In this document: piece by piece, positions 59,298 to 64,000 of the stretch | Numbering within the stretch: the first letter of the stretch is position 1 | Layout of the letters: the number at the start of each line of letters is the position of its first letter | From: Promethearchaeota archaeon | GTDB lineage: Archaea; Asgardarchaeota; Lokiarchaeia; Sigyniarchaeales; SOKP01 | DNA length: 64,000 nucleotides | Assembly: GCA_048940445.1 (NCBI GenBank) | Contig: JBHLON010000002.1 | Location: forward strand, 118,149 to 182,148 | Direction of reading: 5' to 3' | The notes under the pieces: model-generated | Told to the model about the DNA's origin: nothing | Database searches by the model: none | What the model saw: the letters and a program-made list of their open reading frames with translations, nothing else | Position numbers and translations under genes: made by a program

Positions 59298-61889
59298 TTA
59301 AATAAAATCATATAGAGATTTTACTTTTATTGATTTATAAATCTGATTGCTTTGTAATTTGTTTTGAGGATTAGCCATTTTTATCTCTTTTAAATCAACA
59401 ATTCTTGTTTCTCCCGGTTCCATTGAGAAGAAATTATCTGAAGCAACAAAGTCAATAACTTCAGAATCAATATAAACATATAGAGCGATGTTCTTACTTT
59501 TAAGAATAATTCTAAGAGCCTCTTGATGCTCTTTTTTTTCAATTTCAAAAGAGAGTTCAGGATTTATTAATTTGAACTTTTTAGGAGAATCAAATAAGTG
59601 AAATCCTCTAAAAATTATTGCATTCAAATTATTTTTTTGTTTTAACACGTAAAAAACAATATAATTTTGCTTATTTTCATTTAAGGTTCCTATATTTATC
59701 TCTCCTAGTTTAAATGAGCAGCATGGTTTAACTTTTGAATCAAATTCACCATTTAGAATTACTATTCCATCATATTTCATGATTTTCCATGATAGGATGA
59801 CCTCTTGCGAAAAATTTAAATCATTTGTAACCCAAAATTCTATAGTATTTTTATTTTGTTTAACACTTGGAAAAATTGATTGAAAAAAACGTTTAGCGAA
59901 ATAATGTAACGCTTTCCATCTTAAATTGTAATCCAAAGAGGACCAACTAATAACAGGCCAGCAATCATTCAATTGCCAATAAAGTGCACCCATACAATGA
60001 AAATCATTACGATTTTGTCTCCAATGTTTAACTCCAAATTCAATTGCTTCAGCTTGTGTAAGTTGAGATAAAATGATCTGATCTTCAAATTTATCTGGAG
60101 CTAAAAAGCGTCTTTTCATATAACGAAATATCTTTTTATTCCCACCTTCATTCTTCTGATGACTTTCCATTATCGGAGATAGAAAGTTAAATTGATCAGG
60201 TGGACAAAAACTTCCTACTGTTTTCAATGAAGGAAAAGATTCAAATCCAAATTCTGACATAAAGCGTGAATTAAACTTTTGATAGGATTTAAAAGAAGCA
60301 CCACCATGCCATACCTTCCAATAATGAGCATCACCATTATTGGCATCATTTGGATAACGAGATAAAACTTTAGTTCCATTATAGTTGTCTAAGGGAGAGC
60401 TTGGCCAATAAGAGTGTCCTGGATCATATTGTGTAATTAGTTCTGGTAATAATCTTTTAAACAAATCTAAATATGCTTTCTCATATTCTAATTTGATCTC
60501 TTCATCTTCAATTTCTGCAATATTTACGAATCCTAACCATAGTTGCTCGATCTCATTATTTCCACACCATAAAGCTAGACTCGGATGGTTTCTCAATCTC
60601 TTAATATTTTGTATTGCCTCAATTCTAAGGATCTTAAAGAAGTCTTTATGTTTTGGATAGATGGCACCTGCGAATGGAAAATCTTGCCATACTAAAATTC
60701 CAAATTTATCACATAAATTATAAAATAAATCATCCTCATATATTCCCCCTCCCCATATGCGAACCATGTTGAAGTTAGCTTGTTTAGCAGATGTAAGAAT
60801 CCTTTCATATAAGCCTTTTCTCTTACCTCTTGGAATAAAACTATCAACTGGAATCCAATTAGCTCCCTTAGCAAAAATAGGAATTCCATTCAATAAAAAG
60901 TAAAAGGTTTCACCCCATTTATCTTGTCTTCTTATAAGACGAATATCTCTAATTCCGAATTGTTGTTGAATGATATCTATTATTGTATCTTTTTCAAGAG
61001 TTATTCTTAATTCATATAATTCTGGTTTTCCCAATTCATGTACCCACCATAATTGGGGATTTTTAATTTCAAAATGTAGAGTAGAATGTAATTTTTCAGC
61101 TTGTATACTTTTAACTGATACATTTCCATGGGGAGAAATTAAGGCACATTTAAGGAAGAAGCCTCTCTCTTTCAACTCTTCTAAATTTGATTCTAATTCA
61201 ACTTTTACTTTCAGATTAACTTTTTTAATACTTATTTTAGGTATATCTTCTACTTTTTCTATTATTAAAGGATCAATATTATATTCAAAATATTGAATTA
61301 CATTGATAGAATTCAATTTTATCTCATTATAACCAACAATTTCAACAGGCTTCCAAATTCCAATATCAGGTAAACACGGACCCCAATCCCATCCAAAACT
61401 ATATTGAGCTTTTCTTAAATATGGAACACCTGCCATCCCATGATCATTTCTTAGCTTCACTTCATGATCCTTAACTTTATCTTCTAATACCAATACGGGA
61501 CTTTTAAAAACAACCTTTATTTTATTTTCTCTCTTTAATTTTCTTTTTACATCAAATTCATAATTAATAAACATATTCTCTGTTTTTCCTAAGAATTCAT
61601 TGTTCAGATAAATCATAGCAACGGTATCTAGCCCATAGAATCGTAATCTTATATTAGAATGTTTAAGAAACTCTTCTTTGCAATTAAATTTGTAGGAATA
61701 TACCCACTCTGAGTTATAGACCCAATTGAGGTTAAGTTCATTCCTTCCGTAAAAGGGGTCCTCAATAATTTCTTCATCGATTAATGCTTCAAAAACCGTT
61801 CCTGGAACATCAGCATTAATATGTATTTTCCTTTCATAATTAGAAAGTTCCCAAACACCATTTAAAGAAATTTTTTCTAGTTTTTGCAT
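59298..61889 (-). CDS. GH2 beta-mannosidase
   Basis: RKAQYSFGWDWGP, KGANWIP, RIWGGG.YE, WCGNNE, SEFG, YWQLNDCWP. Confidence 0.93.
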   Translation of the reverse strand: MQKLEKISLNGVWELSNYERKIHINADVPGTVFEALIDEEIIEDPFYGRNELNLNWVYNSEWVYSYKFNCKEEFLKHSNIRLRFYGLDTVAMIYLNNEFLGKTENMFINYEFDVKRKLKRENKIKVVFKSPVLVLEDKVKDHEVKLRNDHGMAGVPYLRKAQYSFGWDWGPCLPDIGIWKPVEIVGYNEIKLNSINVIQYFEYNIDPLIIEKVEDIPKISIKKVNLKVKVELESNLEELKERGFFLKCALISPHGNVSVKSIQAEKLHSTLHFEIKNPQLWWVHELGKPELYELRITLEKDTIIDIIQQQFGIRDIRLIRRQDKWGETFYFLLNGIPIFAKGANWIPVDSFIPRGKRKGLYERILTSAKQANFNMVRIWGGGIYEDDLFYNLCDKFGILVWQDFPFAGAIYPKHKDFFKILRIEAIQNIKRLRNHPSLALWCGNNEIEQLWLGFVNIAEIEDEEIKLEYEKAYLDLFKRLLPELITQYDPGHSYWPSSPLDNYNGTKVLSRYPNDANNGDAHYWKVWHGGASFKSYQKFNSRFMSEFGFESFPSLKTVGSFCPPDQFNFLSPIMESHQKNEGGNKKIFRYMKRRFLAPDKFEDQIILSQLTQAEAIEFGVKHWRQNRNDFHCMGALYWQLNDCWPVISWSSLDYNLRWKALHYFAKRFFQSIFPSVKQNKNTIEFWVTNDLNFSQEVILSWKIMKYDGIVILNGEFDSKVKPCCSFKLGEINIGTLNENKQNYIVFYVLKQKNNLNAIIFRGFHLFDSPKKFKLINPELSFEIEKKEHQEALRIILKSKNIALYVYIDSEVIDFVASDNFFSMEPGETRIVDLKEIKMANPQNKLQSNQIYKSIKVKSLYDFI

Positions 61890-61908
61890 AATAAGAAAAA
61901 AAAAATAA

Positions 61909-63798
61909 TTATGGAATATCTATTTTCTGAAGGTAAAGTGACGCTACTATAAAGCAAACTCCAGCGATAGATAGCAGTATTAATATAATAGAGATAGCAT
62001 CGATCTGTAAAGTAGTAATTGTAAAACCTAGTAATTCAGAAAATGGTAATACAATACTACTTAAACCTGCTCCAGTGTTCGAAATCCAAAAACTTCCCAA
62101 CTTTTCAATATAATAAGAATATGAGAACAGAAGTGGCCATTCATTACGAAAGAGAATGGGAAGAAAACTTGTCAAAGTAGGAAGAATCATTAAGATTAAT
62201 ATTGGCAAAAAGATTGCAAGACCAGCCTTTTTAAATAACGTGGAAAATAAAATTCCAAGAGCTACTAATGGAATTAAGGTTATTAAACCAATTAGAAAAA
62301 TAAACCCTCCTATTGAAATTAAATCTGGAATATCCAATCTATCAACAAAGGTAATCGCGCCTAGTACGAATGATATTGATGTGGCAATCATAACAACAAT
62401 TATTGTAAAGAGATAAGCTAGAACTTTGCCCCAAAGAAATTCCCAACGTCTTACTGGTTTGCTGAGAAACCATGAGAGCGATCCATTTCTTTTTGCACTT
62501 ATAATCCCTGTTGATGCAAATGCAATTGAAAAAGCGGCACCAAAATATAAGAGATAAAAACTTAGGATCATATTCACGAGCGTTCGAATTTGATCAATCC
62601 CTATTCCCCCTAATAACCGATCCATCATTCCAAATATGAAATATAATATTATACCTGGTGCGGCTCCTATTAGGGTGAATACAATAATTTTGACTTTACT
62701 TTCTGCTAATTCTCTTTTGAAAATAATTCCTAAAGAACTATAATATCCATTTTTTTGTCTTAATCGCAAAAAAATAATCGCAATAACGATTATTGCTCCA
62801 ACTAATCCTGTTCCTATTCCAAAATACATCCAATCAAATGAAGGATAATTAATTATTTCAATTGATATACTCGAAGTGTAATTATTTCCAACGCTATCAA
62901 AACATGTGAGAGAAATGTTATGAATTCCAGTAGATGTAAAATTAATTAATAAACTTCCAATATATCTATTATAGAAACCTGAACCATTAATTTCTCTATA
63001 TAATTGACCATCTACTAAAATTTGAAATGTAATATCTAGATAACCATTAATTATAGGACTATCCCATCCAACCCAGGAAAAGTTTATGGAACGCTCAGAA
63101 GTAGTATAAACACTGCTTAATGCGAGTACATTAAATCTAGAAGGTCCTGTTATTTGGTTAAGTGGTTTAGCCGAATCATCAAGAAATATAATATTAGAAT
63201 TTTCAATGAAAGTCATAGATGATGATATTCCATTTAACATTACATTATTAAGGTTTGAATTTTGAATTAAAATTAAACCTCCAATTCCAAATTCATTAAG
63301 TTGATTTAATGAACAATCTATAATGGAAATGTTGACGTAATCAAATTTCCATATGGAAGTAAGCGGACTATTACTTGATGAAATCTCTATAGTTGATGAA
63401 TCTCGACCTTCAATGCTTCCTTGTACTGTTGAATTGTTAATAGATACTATTACAGTATCTGAAAGGATTAAATCCCCTATGATAGTTGAATTCTCTTGAA
63501 CCGACAATTCCCCAGTATTAAATAAGTAAATACTATTTATAACCGTGGTATTGATGAATGTAACATCGGCATTTCCCATTATTAAAATGCTTTCATAAAT
63601 AATTTCATCTTCATAAGTCACAGTTCCACTATTAACTACTATAGATGTTTTTAATGGTTTAGTTAAATCATTCTTTGAATTATTATTTAAATTTTTAACA
63701 AAAAAGACATTTTGAATAACTAAGCACAAAATACATATTATTATTATGGATAATATAGAAATTTTTAACTTTCCAAGAATTTTATTCTCATTTTTCAT
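61909..63798 (-). CDS. ABC-2 permease fused to a large extracytoplasmic beta-rich domain
   Basis: N-terminal TM, I-x-N-S-rich repeats, GSLSWFLSKPVRRWEFLWGK permease motif. Confidence 0.82.
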   Translation of the reverse strand: MKNENKILGKLKISILSIIIICILCLVIQNVFFVKNLNNNSKNDLTKPLKTSIVVNSGTVTYEDEIIYESILIMGNADVTFINTTVINSIYLFNTGELSVQENSTIIGDLILSDTVIVSINNSTVQGSIEGRDSSTIEISSSNSPLTSIWKFDYVNISIIDCSLNQLNEFGIGGLILIQNSNLNNVMLNGISSSMTFIENSNIIFLDDSAKPLNQITGPSRFNVLALSSVYTTSERSINFSWVGWDSPIINGYLDITFQILVDGQLYREINGSGFYNRYIGSLLINFTSTGIHNISLTCFDSVGNNYTSSISIEIINYPSFDWMYFGIGTGLVGAIIVIAIIFLRLRQKNGYYSSLGIIFKRELAESKVKIIVFTLIGAAPGIILYFIFGMMDRLLGGIGIDQIRTLVNMILSFYLLYFGAAFSIAFASTGIISAKRNGSLSWFLSKPVRRWEFLWGKVLAYLFTIIVVMIATSISFVLGAITFVDRLDIPDLISIGGFIFLIGLITLIPLVALGILFSTLFKKAGLAIFLPILILMILPTLTSFLPILFRNEWPLLFSYSYYIEKLGSFWISNTGAGLSSIVLPFSELLGFTITTLQIDAISIILILLSIAGVCFIVASLYLQKIDIP

Positions 63799-64000
63799 TA
63801 TGTTTCAGCTCCATATCTATTTTCTCTTGATCTAATGCTTTCATAAAAATTTGTTCGATCTCTAATCCACTAGACCGAAATTCATTTACTATTATGTTAT
63901 TTTTTAATGAAATATCAGCGATAACCTGCCAAACTTTTTCTAAATTATTACTTTCAATGATTAGAGTACCATATTCTTCGGTTATTTTTGAAACATAAGG
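63788..64000 (-). CDS. 3' end of a probable ABC ATP-binding protein (partial)
   Basis: Open frame from the edge ...SSGLEIEQIFMKAL...; stop overlaps the permease start. Confidence 0.7.
   Translation of the reverse strand, partial: PYVSKITEEYGTLIIESNNLEKVWQVIADISLKNNIIVNEFRSSGLEIEQIFMKALDQEKIDMELKHNEK

Noticed and set aside
5003-62416. Short antisense or overlapping ORFs in the track (e.g. 6060-6401, 13734-14045, 25914-26297, 58280-58669)
   Set aside because: They are shadows of well-supported genes on the other strand or frame, with no motifs.
1-64000. CRISPR arrays, tRNA/rRNA (including tRNA-Sec), transposases, integrases
   Set aside because: No regularly spaced repeats, no GC-rich cloverleaf or rRNA-like segment, and no recombinase motifs seen by eye. 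A tRNAscan/Infernal run would be the definitive test.

Overview
AT-rich archaeal DNA, very likely Asgard (Lokiarchaeia-like). The assignment is inferred from archaeal uL16/L10e and PAN, a Loki-type profilin, a Rag-like GTPase with a roadblock domain, an MglA-like GTPase, an arrestin-fold protein and a Loki-CTERM-type surface protein. The main hidden signal is at 30419-32850, where the ORF track fragments two genes. They are a 647-aa HdrA with three in-frame TGA codons and a 147-aa MvhD/VhuD with two. All five TGAs align to Cys in the Cys-type paralogs 6-8 kb downstream. A eukaryote-like kink-turn SECIS hairpin follows the mvhD stop, so this is a two-gene, five-selenocysteine unit. It heads an hdrA-mvhD-frhB-frhB-hdrBC-hdrA-mvhD cluster with no hydrogenase or formate-dehydrogenase catalytic subunit in the window. 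Other items the ORF track misses: an in-frame TAG in the surface-protein gene (7220), a frameshifted second copy of the mvhD 3' end (41546-41678), a nucleoside hydrolase that needs a non-canonical start, an acyl-CoA synthetase alpha lacking its phospho-His loop, and a C-terminal beta domain apparently shared by the arrestin-like protein and an FrhB. The rest is transporters, carbohydrate/sulfate hydrolases and housekeeping enzymes. No rRNA, tRNA, CRISPR array or transposase was recognised. All family calls come from motif recognition by eye, not from database searches.
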